Origin: an uncultured delta proteobacterium
GTDB taxonomy: Bacteria; Myxococcota_A; Polyangia; Polyangiales; Houyiibacteriaceae
NCBI GenBank assembly: GCA_963753395.1
Contig: CAVWBW010000009.1
Span: 2,633-66,632 of the forward strand
DNA: 64,000 nucleotides
Direction of reading: 5' to 3'
Made by a program: the position numbers and the translations under genes. Shown one piece after another: positions 55,359 through 64,000 of this stretch. The first letter of the stretch is position 1. The number at the start of each line of letters is the position of its first letter. Under the pieces are notes generated by a model. It had not been told where the DNA came from and ran no database searches. It worked only from the letters and a program-made list of their open reading frames with translations.

Positions 55359-57035
55359 TTAGTGCGCGGCGGGAGTCTTTATCTTCTCGAGCGCGTCGCC
55401 AATCGTGAAGCTCGCGGCCTCGCCTCGCGGCGGGTACTCCTGGAAGGTCGCGAGGAAGTCCCCCACCAACATCTGGGCGCCGTAAATCGCAAACGCGCGG
55501 TCGATGAGCCAATCCCAATAGGTATTGGATGTGATGTCGGCGCGCTCGTAGGGGTCGCGCCGCAAGTTGAAGAGCTTCGGGACACGCAGCGTGACGAACG
55601 GTTCGGCCCACACCTGAAGCGTCCCTTGCACGCGCTGCTCCATGAACACGATCTTCCAATCCCGGTAGCGAAGCGCCATCAGATCTCCGTCGTCCGAGAA
55701 GTAAAACAGCTCGTCGCGATGACTCGGTCCGTTACCGAGGAGCATGTCGAGCTGATCGTATCCATCGAGGTGCACCTTGAAGCGCTTGCCGTCCATCGTG
55801 GCGCCGTTCAGCAGCTCGTCCTTCACGCCGGGCGCACCCGCCACGGCGGCAAAGGTCGGCAACCAATCCATGTGCGCCATGATCTCGTTCGAGACGGTGC
55901 CTGCGGGGACCTTGCCAGGCCATCTCACCATCGCGGGCACTCGCCAACCGCCCTCCCAGTTGGTGTTCTTTTCGCCGCGGAACGGTGTGGCCGCTGCATC
56001 CGGCCACGTGTTGTAGTGCGGCCCGTTGTCGGTGCTGTAGAAGACGAGCGTGTTGTCGGTGATGCCGAGCGCGTCGAGCGTGTCGAGCAACTTCCCGACG
56101 TGCCTGTCGTGCTCGACCATGCCATCGGCGTACTCGTTCTGCCCGGAAATCCCGCGGAGCTCTTCCTTCACATGCGTCCGAAAATGCATGCGCGTCCCAT
56201 TCCACCACACGAAGAACTTCTTGCCGGCCGCGTGCTGCTCTTCGATGAATCGGATGGCTGCGTCACAGGTTTCGTCGTCGATGACTTCCATCCGCTTCTT
56301 GGTGAGCGGGCCCGTGTCTTCGATGCGGCCGTCGGCATAGCTATGAATGACGCCGCGAGGGCCGAAGCGCTTCTTGAAGTTCTCCCCCTTCGGGTAGTCG
56401 GGGTTCTCGGGCTCTTCCTCGGCGTTGAGGTGGTAGAGGTTGCCGAGGAACTCATCGAAGCCGTGGTTGGTCGGCAGATACTTGTCCTTGTCGCCGAGAT
56501 GATTCTTACCGAACTGCCCTGTCGCGTATCCGAGTGGCTTCAACACCTCGGCGATGGTGGGGTCCTCACTCGAGAGGCCCATGTCCGCGCCAGGCATGCC
56601 GACTTTGGATAGCCCCGTGCGAAAAACCGACTGCCCCGTGATGAAGCTCGAACGCCCGGCGGTGCAGCTCTGTTCGCCGTAGTAGTCGGTGAAGATCATC
56701 CCCTCGCGTGCAACGCGGTCGATGTTGGGCGTTCGGTAGCCCATGAGCCCCATCGTGTAGGCGCTGATGTTCGACTGCCCGATGTCGTCGCCCCAGATCA
56801 CGAGGATGTTGGGCATGTCACCATCCTGCGCGGCCTTGATGACGTCTTCCGTCTTCGCGATGGACGCAGCACTGGCAGGATACGCGACCTCTTGAGGTTC
56901 CCATCCCGTCCGTGGTTCACCAGGAGCAGGCGTCTCCGCGGCAGCAGGCGCATCGTCGGCAGGCGGCCCAACCGGCTTGCAACCGAACAACAATACAAAC
57001 GACGACGTGCAGATCAACGAAACCAGACGCACCAT
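55359..57035 (-). CDS. arylsulfatase (lipoprotein)
   Basis: It has a lipobox (LLFGC), NILVIWGDDIG and the formylglycine motif CTAGRSSFITG. Confidence 0.9.
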   Translation of the reverse strand: MVRLVSLICTSSFVLLFGCKPVGPPADDAPAAAETPAPGEPRTGWEPQEVAYPASAASIAKTEDVIKAAQDGDMPNILVIWGDDIGQSNISAYTMGLMGYRTPNIDRVAREGMIFTDYYGEQSCTAGRSSFITGQSVFRTGLSKVGMPGADMGLSSEDPTIAEVLKPLGYATGQFGKNHLGDKDKYLPTNHGFDEFLGNLYHLNAEEEPENPDYPKGENFKKRFGPRGVIHSYADGRIEDTGPLTKKRMEVIDDETCDAAIRFIEEQHAAGKKFFVWWNGTRMHFRTHVKEELRGISGQNEYADGMVEHDRHVGKLLDTLDALGITDNTLVFYSTDNGPHYNTWPDAAATPFRGEKNTNWEGGWRVPAMVRWPGKVPAGTVSNEIMAHMDWLPTFAAVAGAPGVKDELLNGATMDGKRFKVHLDGYDQLDMLLGNGPSHRDELFYFSDDGDLMALRYRDWKIVFMEQRVQGTLQVWAEPFVTLRVPKLFNLRRDPYERADITSNTYWDWLIDRAFAIYGAQMLVGDFLATFQEYPPRGEAASFTIGDALEKIKTPAAH

Positions 57036-57119
57036 GGCTATCCTCCCGACAATGAAGCTCGGAGGTTATCATGTCGTAACCGCAGCACGTCAACCGGTTT
57101 TGGCGGCTGTCGCGAGGAG

Positions 57120-58115
57120 TTACTTACACTTCCCCTTCTGCCAGTCCTCGACATCGCAGTCGCCCTTCGAAGGCTTCGGCTTCTTGTCGGTGTCGCTATC
57201 GGTGTCGCTGTCCGAGTCCGTATCGCTGTCCGAGTCCGTGTCCTCGTCATCGCAGCGGCCATCGCAGCAGCACTCTTTGTGGTCACAGAATTCGTTGCAG
57301 TGGCCCTGCATCTGCCGCGCGATCTTGCCGCACAGCTCCTCGTCGTCGAGCTTGTCCGTGCACGCGCCGAACACGCGCTCGGCAAGCCGTCCGCACTTGG
57401 CCTCGCAGGTTGGCGGCTCGGGGATGCAGTGCTTCTCTTCACATTCTGCAACTGCCTTGCGGGCAATCTTGGCGCAGCGGTCTTCGTCGCAGCCCGCATC
57501 GACGCACATCTCGTAGAGCTCCCGGGCGGCGCCCTGACAGCGCTCTTCACAGGTCGAAGGCATCGGCTCTTCGCAGGTCTCCGCGATGCACTCGTCTAGA
57601 GCTTCTCGGGCCTGCATTGCACAGCGCTCTTCGGTCCCCCCGTCGGCGACACAGGCTTCGAACATGTCGGTCACTGCCGCCTTACACTCAGCCGCACAAG
57701 GCTCCGGTTCGCTGCAGTTTTCATCGCGGCAATTCGCCAAGACACCGCGGCCCTCGGCAGCGCAGGTGTTTTCGTCGCCCCCAGCATCTTTGCACTCCAT
57801 GTAGTGCTGCGTGGCCTTCGCTTGGCAGCGGTCTTCGCAGGTGGGTGGCGGACACTCGTCCACGCAGTCGAAGAAGCTTCGGATCGCCTTCGCGAAGCAC
57901 CCTTCCCGATCGTCGCTCTCGGCGGTGCACTCGTCGAAGACCGCAAGCGCTGCGGTGAGACAAGCATCACGACATGCGCCCGCCGCCACTCCTTCTCGAT
58001 CGGCCGCCGCTTCGAGAACACTGGCGAGCTCGGTGTCACTGGGGCTCGTGCCGCTGCTGCACGCGGCGATCAGCAACGCGGCTGCAGTCAGGACCGTCAA
58101 CTTGAGAGCGTTCAT
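57120..58115 (-). CDS. Cys-rich repeat lipoprotein with a poly(Asp-Ser/Thr) tail
   Basis: The lipobox is LLIAAC. Five units of about 47 aa have a recurring 6-Cys pattern (e.g. TCEERCQGAARELYEMCVDAGCDEDRCAKIARKAVAECEEKHC). The tail is DEDTDSDSDTDSDSDTDSDTD. Confidence 0.8.
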   Translation of the reverse strand: MNALKLTVLTAAALLIAACSSGTSPSDTELASVLEAAADREGVAAGACRDACLTAALAVFDECTAESDDREGCFAKAIRSFFDCVDECPPPTCEDRCQAKATQHYMECKDAGGDENTCAAEGRGVLANCRDENCSEPEPCAAECKAAVTDMFEACVADGGTEERCAMQAREALDECIAETCEEPMPSTCEERCQGAARELYEMCVDAGCDEDRCAKIARKAVAECEEKHCIPEPPTCEAKCGRLAERVFGACTDKLDDEELCGKIARQMQGHCNEFCDHKECCCDGRCDDEDTDSDSDTDSDSDTDSDTDKKPKPSKGDCDVEDWQKGKCK

Positions 58116-58316
58116 GAGGATACCTACCTTCGTACCCGGTTATCTAGGATCAAGCCGCGATACTATCCAGAAGCCTACCCCCTGTCGCACCCGAGGCGGC
58201 GCCCGAACTGTAAGCTAGCTCACGAATATGCCGATGCCCGTATCGGCCTCAGGCCCACGCATCGCAGCGCGCAGGGTACGCAGCCACGCCCCCTGGGCTT
58301 GAGCCTCGCGGCGGAG

Positions 58317-60188
58317 TCAGAGGCTGTGCAAGTAGCGAATCGCTTCGTTGGCCGTGCTCTTCAAGCACGCATTGGTATTGACCTTGCGCTTCATCAGGCC
58401 GCCCTCGGCACGGATTCGCTTCCGGGCGGCGCGGAGCGGGGGAATCGCCTTCTTGTCACCGAGCGCGCGTAGCTTTCCGACGGCGTCTTTGCGGAGGAGG
58501 CAGGTCTCACCCTGCTCGAGGTCGAGCACGTAAGAGCCGAGCCGATCGACGCGGTCCCCAAGCCCGGCCTCGTCGGCGACGCGAAGCGCCGTGTGCCTGC
58601 GGCGCGCGTTCTTCGATGACGACGCGAGGTCGATCAGCTGATCTGCGGCGGCCCAATCGCCAGTCTTTGCGAGGGTGCCGAGGAACTCGAGCGCCGTATC
58701 GACGATGCCAGGGGCCTTCTTCGCGAGCATGAGCTCGACGTTCGTTCGCATCAGCTTGTCCTTCGCGAACTTCGGTTCGAGCGTGATGGCCTTCTGGTAG
58801 GCAGCCAGCGCCAAGATGTTTCGCTGCGCGCTCGCTTGTGCGTGACCGAGCACCATTTGCGCATACGGCTCTTCGCGCACTTCGTCGCGATGCCCGATCA
58901 AGTACGCGGCAGCTTCCTTGGGCCGACCTTGCGCCAACATGTCGGCCGCCTCCTTGGCTTCCGGGCCGTACGCACCAGACACCAACGGAGAGAGCGGCGT
59001 CTTTGGAAGATAGTCCGGCTTGTCGCTTCCGAACGCAAAGGTCAGGACGCCAACCAAGCCAAGCAACGCGAAGGCGGCAATCACGACGCGCTTTCTACTC
59101 CACTTCTCCGAGACCATGCGCGCGACGGCAGGCTTGACGGTTCCGCGAAGACCGCCAACCACGCGGGCAGGAACCTCGCGAAGCCCCGAGCCCGTATCCT
59201 CTTCTTCTTCGATGATCTGGTCGATGCGTGCGATGTACGCTTTTGCGTTCGGAATCCGATCGTCGGGCCGCTTGGCCAAACCGTGCCGTATCAGTTTCTC
59301 CACGGCGGCGGGCACCTGCACGTTCGGCGCCATCTCTAAAAAGGGTGGAACCTCGTGCGACACGTGCATCCGGAGAAGCGTGCCCACCTCGTCGGCATCG
59401 AACGGCGGCAGCCCGGTAATCATCTCGTAGAGCATGACCGACAGCGCATAGAGGTCCGCGCGCCCGTCGATCGGCTGCCCGTATGCCTGCTCCGGCGCGA
59501 TGTACGTCGGCGTGCCAATCGTCACGCCGTGCTGCGTGAGGTTGGCGTCGTTGGTCAGAATCCCGGTGTTCTCCTCGGGGTGGGCGTCATCGCGCAGCTT
59601 CGCGATGCCGAAGTCGAGGATCTTCGCGAAATCAGCGTCCTCATCCTGATCGACCAGAATCACGTTCTCGGGCTTGATGTCGCGGTGGATGATGCCCGCA
59701 TCGTGCGCGTACTCGAGCGCACTCAGCACGTGTCGCCCGATGTGCAGCGTTCGCTTCCAATCGAGGCGCCGCTCACGATCGAGGAGGTCCGAGAGCAGGA
59801 CCCCGTCGAGGAGCTCGAGCACCATGTAGAGCGTTCCGTCTTGAAGCTTTCCAAAGTCGGAGACGTTGACGCAGTTCGGGTGGTCGACTCGACCAATGGC
59901 AAACGCCTCGCGCTCGAAGCGCTGGTTCACCTCGTCGATCCCTTCGACCTCTGGATGAAGGAGCTTCAACGCGAGCGGCCGACGAATCGAAATGTGCTCC
60001 GCGAGATAGACGCACCCCATCCCGCCGGAACCCAAGACGCCGGTGATTCGGTACCGAGAATCCAGGACATCGCCGATCCTCGGTGTTTGCTCGTCCGGGG
60101 GTACCGGTAGCGATGGCGCCGGACCCCCCTCCGTCAAAGTGCGCACGTGTACATTATTGCCAAAAACAACGGTGATTGCCGGTGTCAT
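58317..60188 (-). CDS. Ser/Thr protein kinase with a TM segment and a helical-repeat C-terminal domain
   Basis: It has GSGGMGCVY, ALK, HRDIKPENV, DFGIAK and APE motifs. Confidence 0.9.
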   Translation of the reverse strand: MTPAITVVFGNNVHVRTLTEGGPAPSLPVPPDEQTPRIGDVLDSRYRITGVLGSGGMGCVYLAEHISIRRPLALKLLHPEVEGIDEVNQRFEREAFAIGRVDHPNCVNVSDFGKLQDGTLYMVLELLDGVLLSDLLDRERRLDWKRTLHIGRHVLSALEYAHDAGIIHRDIKPENVILVDQDEDADFAKILDFGIAKLRDDAHPEENTGILTNDANLTQHGVTIGTPTYIAPEQAYGQPIDGRADLYALSVMLYEMITGLPPFDADEVGTLLRMHVSHEVPPFLEMAPNVQVPAAVEKLIRHGLAKRPDDRIPNAKAYIARIDQIIEEEEDTGSGLREVPARVVGGLRGTVKPAVARMVSEKWSRKRVVIAAFALLGLVGVLTFAFGSDKPDYLPKTPLSPLVSGAYGPEAKEAADMLAQGRPKEAAAYLIGHRDEVREEPYAQMVLGHAQASAQRNILALAAYQKAITLEPKFAKDKLMRTNVELMLAKKAPGIVDTALEFLGTLAKTGDWAAADQLIDLASSSKNARRRHTALRVADEAGLGDRVDRLGSYVLDLEQGETCLLRKDAVGKLRALGDKKAIPPLRAARKRIRAEGGLMKRKVNTNACLKSTANEAIRYLHSL

Positions 60189-60213
60189 CTTCGCGTGCGA
60201 GATACCTCACAAG

Positions 60214-60849
60214 ATGCGGCGCAAGCTCATGGAAATCGCAAGCGTTCTCGGCATACTGCTGATCGCCTGTTTCGTTTTGAGCGCGCACGCCGAAGCGCAG
60301 ATCGAAAAGACAATCAAGGAGCCGTACGCAGCGCCATCGGACCAAGCACTGCTCGTGTTCTCGCGTCCACGCCGCCGGCAGGCCAGCGAAACCGGGTTTC
60401 GTATCGTCAACCCAGCGGGCCGATGCATCGCCGTCGTAGAGAACGGTTGGCAGGTCGCCGCTCCGTTGTGGCCTGGCAAGCACATGCTGCTCGTCATCAC
60501 GGGTACCGCGCCACCGACGGTGCAGCTCATGCAAGCCAGGGTTAGCGCTGGCAAAACGTACGTCGTCAAGCTCCGCGCGCGCGTCAACGTGAAGAGCCCC
60601 GCGGAAATCGAGATCGTGCGCAAAGCCGACCAGCCCCTCGAACAGTTCCCGAGCGCGATCAAGGAGCAGAGCCCGTTCAAGCAGAACCTCCGCACATGCA
60701 CCGAGTGGGTGTCCTGGAAACGCTCGAAAATCGAGCCGAAAGCGGCGCTGGCCAAGCGCAACTGGGACGACGACGACGAGAAGCTCCGAAGCGAGCGCAC
60801 GGTTCACCGCAATGACGGATGGACGGCGGCCGAGGTCGCAGGGAAATAG
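60214..60849 (+). CDS. secreted protein, hypothetical (distant paralog of 49040..49651)
   Basis: The signal peptide is MEIASVLGILLIACFVLSAHA. It shares blocks with its paralog (ALLVF, C.A.V, AGKTYVVKL, ...DGWT..E). Confidence 0.7.
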   Translation: MRRKLMEIASVLGILLIACFVLSAHAEAQIEKTIKEPYAAPSDQALLVFSRPRRRQASETGFRIVNPAGRCIAVVENGWQVAAPLWPGKHMLLVITGTAPPTVQLMQARVSAGKTYVVKLRARVNVKSPAEIEIVRKADQPLEQFPSAIKEQSPFKQNLRTCTEWVSWKRSKIEPKAALAKRNWDDDDEKLRSERTVHRNDGWTAAEVAGK

Positions 60850-61905
60850 CTACAAAATCGTGCCGTCGCCCGGGTCGGGCATGTTCCAGCGACGCAACGC
60901 TCGTCGAAAGGCGCGCTGATTGGTGTACCCGGCGTGCCGCATGATTTCTTCAGGCGCCTCGTTGCGCTCGAAACAGCCGAGCATGATCGACTTCCGCGAG
61001 GCCTCGACGAGCGCGCGGTAGGTCGTGCCGTCATCTTGGAGGCGCCTCTGAAGCGTTCGCGGCGTCATGTGAAGAGCGTCGGCTACCGCCTCGATGCCCG
61101 ACTGCCCACGGGACAGAAGGAACCTGATGCGCTGCCGAACGATATCGATGAACGCATGCGATTCGAGCTCGGAGTGAAGGCCGGCCGCCACGCTTCGGAG
61201 TTGGCCGTGGAGCGCCATGTTGCCGTGAGCCAGCGGCAATGCCCAGGCTTCGTCTTCGACCAGGAGCGTCGTTCGCTCGTGCCCGAAGGTGACCGAACAA
61301 CCAAAGGCGCGCGTGTACTTCTGGATGTTGCCCCGATAAGGATGCCCGAACTGCACTTCGCTCGGAGCGAAACGCCCGTCCGTCGCGAACCGAAGGACCT
61401 TGAGCACGACGACTGCAATGAACTCCATCTCGTGCACGGTGATCGGAAGCTCGTGCTCCACCTTGTTGACGCGAATCGCGTGAAGCTCTCCCTCGCGGTC
61501 CAACGAGAGCACGCGCCCGTGTGAGAGGAGCTCCTGGTAGCGGAAGCTCGTCTCGAGGCCCTCGCCAATGGTCTCGGCGCTGGTGAGGAGCAGGATCACC
61601 AGATGGTCAGCGCGCGGATGCCAGGCCTCGGCGGCGCTCAACCCGAGGTGCCGGTCGCCGCTGGCACTGAGCGCGGCGCGCCAAAACTGGCCGAGCGCAT
61701 CGCGCGGAGGGCGGCCGGCCGTGTCTGTGAAGATCTCGATATCGGCGCCGATATCCTCACAGAGCGCCTCGACGTCGAGCCCGAGCGACTCGAAGGCGTT
61801 CACCACGCCGCGGGCCCAGGCGCCCGACACCCGGAGGCCTGAGTGAGTCCTTGGATTCCCTGGAGGCACGCCCACCGCGGGCCATCGATCCACAAGGGGG
61901 AGCAA
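60850..61905 (-). CDS. AraC-family transcriptional regulator
   Basis: The C-terminal HTH is ...PRTLQRRLQDDGTTYRALVEASRK...IMRHAGYTNQRAFRRALRRW. Confidence 0.85.
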   Translation of the reverse strand: MLPLVDRWPAVGVPPGNPRTHSGLRVSGAWARGVVNAFESLGLDVEALCEDIGADIEIFTDTAGRPPRDALGQFWRAALSASGDRHLGLSAAEAWHPRADHLVILLLTSAETIGEGLETSFRYQELLSHGRVLSLDREGELHAIRVNKVEHELPITVHEMEFIAVVVLKVLRFATDGRFAPSEVQFGHPYRGNIQKYTRAFGCSVTFGHERTTLLVEDEAWALPLAHGNMALHGQLRSVAAGLHSELESHAFIDIVRQRIRFLLSRGQSGIEAVADALHMTPRTLQRRLQDDGTTYRALVEASRKSIMLGCFERNEAPEEIMRHAGYTNQRAFRRALRRWNMPDPGDGTIL

Positions 61906-62145
61906 ATTACAAGCCCTCGGGGCGAATTGTCACGCAGCTTGGCGCGTCGAGTACCGTCTTTTGTCGCCGCAAATGCACAAATCGCCGATAGCTTCGCTCT
62001 TGTCATTCGGTGCGAGGCGGGCACCAACACACGGAACGCAGGGCAACGGATGAGCCCACCATCCCATCCAGAGTCAGGCGAATAGCGTTCCTCAAAGTGG
62101 TGCCTGCCTCGGCCTCCCTATCCCCCACTTGGGTAGCCCGTTGGT

Positions 62146-62188
62146 GAAGCCGGTCAGCGAAAGAGCACGCTGGCCGGCTTCGTTTTTT
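62146..62188 (+). terminator. intrinsic-terminator-like hairpin in the helicase leader region
   Basis: gaagccggtcagcg-loop-cgctggccggcttc (one mismatch) is followed by GTTTTTT. No convincing + strand ORF lies upstream of it. Confidence 0.45.
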
Positions 62189-62290
62189 GGCTCTCGGAGG
62201 TTGCGGGTATGCTTGGGGCGATGAAACACGAGAAGCCGAGCATCATGTCCCAGGTCTCGAGTGGCCCGCGCGACCGCCCGCGCGCCGTCG

Positions 62291-64000
62291 CATGAGCGCG
62301 CTCGACCGCTATCTCGACGACCTCGATGCGAACGTGGACGGCGACACGCTGCTCACGCGATTTCTCGAGTACACGGCCGATCAAGGGCTCGAGCTCTACG
62401 CGGCGCAGGAAGAGGCCATCATGGAGCTCTTCGTCGGGAACAACGTCGTCCTCAACACGCCAACCGGCTCGGGGAAGTCGCTCGTCGCACTTGCGGCGCA
62501 TTTTCGCTCGGTCGCCCTCGGCGAACGTTCGTTCTACACGGCGCCGATCAAAGCTCTGGTGAGCGAGAAGTTCTTCGACCTGTGTCGTGTGCTCGGGCCC
62601 CACCGGGTGGGGATGATGACCGGCGATGCCACGGTGAACCGAGACGCGCCCGTGATCTGCTGCACGGCCGAGATCCTCGCGAACCTCGCGTTGCGTGAAG
62701 GCGAGCGCGCCGAGGTCGACGGCGTCGTCATGGATGAGTTCCACTACTACGCCGACCGGGACCGCGGCGTGGCTTGGCAAATTCCACTGCTGACGCTGCC
62801 TCGCGCCCGCTTTCTCTTGATGAGCGCGACGCTCGGCGAGACGAGGAAATTCGAAGACGCGCTGACCGAGCTGACCGGCGTCACGACCACGCTGGTGAAG
62901 AGCGAGGAGCGACCGGTGCCGCTCGACTTCAGCTACAGCGAAGAGACCCTTCAGAACGCGGTGGTCGAGCTGATCGAAGAAGGCAAAGCCCCGATCTACG
63001 TCGTACACTTCGCCCAGCGGGCCGCGACGGAACAGGCGCAGAGCTTCATGAGCATCGACTTTCTTTCGAAAGACGAAAAGCGGTCGATCAAGGAAGAGCT
63101 GCGCGGCACCCGCTTCGACACGCCGTTTGGCAAGGAGCTCAAGAAGTTCCTCCACCACGGCATCGGGGTGCACCACGCCGGGATGCTGCCCCGCTACCGA
63201 CGGCTGGTGGAGCGGCTCGCCCAAGATGGGAAGCTCCGGATCATCTGCGGGACCGACACGCTCGGCGTGGGCGTGAACGTGCCGATTCGCACCGTCCTCT
63301 TCACGAAGCTCTGCAAGTACGACGGCCAAAAGACCAAGGTTTTGAGCGTCCGCGACTTCAAGCAGATCGCGGGCCGCGCGGGGCGCCGCGGGTTCGACAC
63401 GCTCGGCAGCGTGGTGGCGCAGGCGCCGGAGCACGCCATCGAGAACAAGAAGCTCCGCCTGAAGGCGGGCGACGATCCGAAGAAGCTCCGCAAAGTGAAG
63501 ACGCGGCAGCCGCCCGAGCGCGGGTACGCCCATTGGGATGCCGACACCTTCGCACGACTCCAAGGGTCACCACCAGAGCCGCTCGGCTCTCGGTTCCGGG
63601 TCAGCAACGCGATGGTCCTCAACCTTTTCGAGCGGGAGGACAACGGCTGCCTCGCACTTCGGAAGCTGATCCGCGCCTCGCACGAGAGCACGAAGGAGAA
63701 GTTTCAGCACGGACGCGAAGCGATTGCGATGATCCGGTCTTTGCGGGACGCGGGTGTCATCGAGCTCAGCGCCGATGGGCCGCGCGTGCACGAGGACTTC
63801 CAGTCGGACTTCTCGCTCAACCAGGCGCTGTCGCTCTATGTCGTCGAGGCGGTCGAGGTGCTCGACCCAGACGACGCCGCCTACGCGCTCGACGTGCTCA
63901 CCCTGGTCGAGGCGACTCTCGAAGACCCGTGGGCTGTCCTCTATCGGCAGACGGACGCGCTGAAGTCGCGTGCACTCGCCACGATGAAAGCCGAGGGGAT
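62291..64000 (+). CDS. DExH-box helicase (Ski2/DUF3516-type), 3'-partial at the window edge
   Basis: The hand translation is MSALDRYLDDL.... Motif I is NTPTGSGKS, motif II is MDEFHYY, and SATLG and QIAGRAGRRG follow. It is absent from the ORF track because it has no stop in the window. Confidence 0.9.

Noticed and set aside
62154-63563. A 469-aa minus-strand ORF, one of the longest in the track.
   Set aside because: It is antisense to a + strand frame carrying canonical DExH helicase motifs (GSGKS, DEFH, SAT, QIAGRAGRRG). Its own composition is R/A/L/V-rich with no recognisable motifs, which is a typical high-GC shadow ORF.

Overview
This is a GC-rich bacterial chromosome segment. Gene content (a Ser/Thr kinase, many lipoproteins with Gly-rich linkers after the lipobox, Cys-rich repeat proteins) resembles Myxococcota-type genomes, but the taxon cannot be proven from the sequence. 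I recognised no rRNA, tRNA, CRISPR array, transposase or integrase. The window has two parts. (1) About 0.3-19.1 kb is an accessory mosaic. It is punctuated by seven co-oriented, differently truncated relics of the 3' end of one SF1/UvrD_C-type helicase gene. It holds four type II toxin-antitoxin loci and a decayed candidate defence island. That island has a Rad50/SbcC-like CxxC-hook ATPase cassette without an Mre11 partner, convergent with a tightly coupled operon of small membrane proteins ending in a PD-(D/E)xK-like gene. This part also has a 144-bp segmental duplication bracketing a 1.6-kb insert and an unusual density of frame-disrupted genes. (2) About 19-64 kb is mostly ordinary chromosomal content. 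It includes sbcD-sbcC embedded in a four-gene operon with DUF429-like and DUF2779-like nuclease genes, xth, a LysR regulator with an ABC-2 exporter, alkB with an AraC regulator, frmA, an arylsulfatase, a Ser/Thr kinase, a partial DExH helicase, and many secreted or lipoprotein genes. Dispersed small elements include a 36-nt palindromic hairpin plus T-tract in three near-identical copies and an AT-rich motif (AATTACGTAT core) upstream of three unrelated genes. Most long ORFs in the six-frame track are antisense or out-of-frame artefacts of high GC. Start codons were chosen by eye from RBS and overlap logic and may be off. Family assignments rest on remembered motifs, not on searches.
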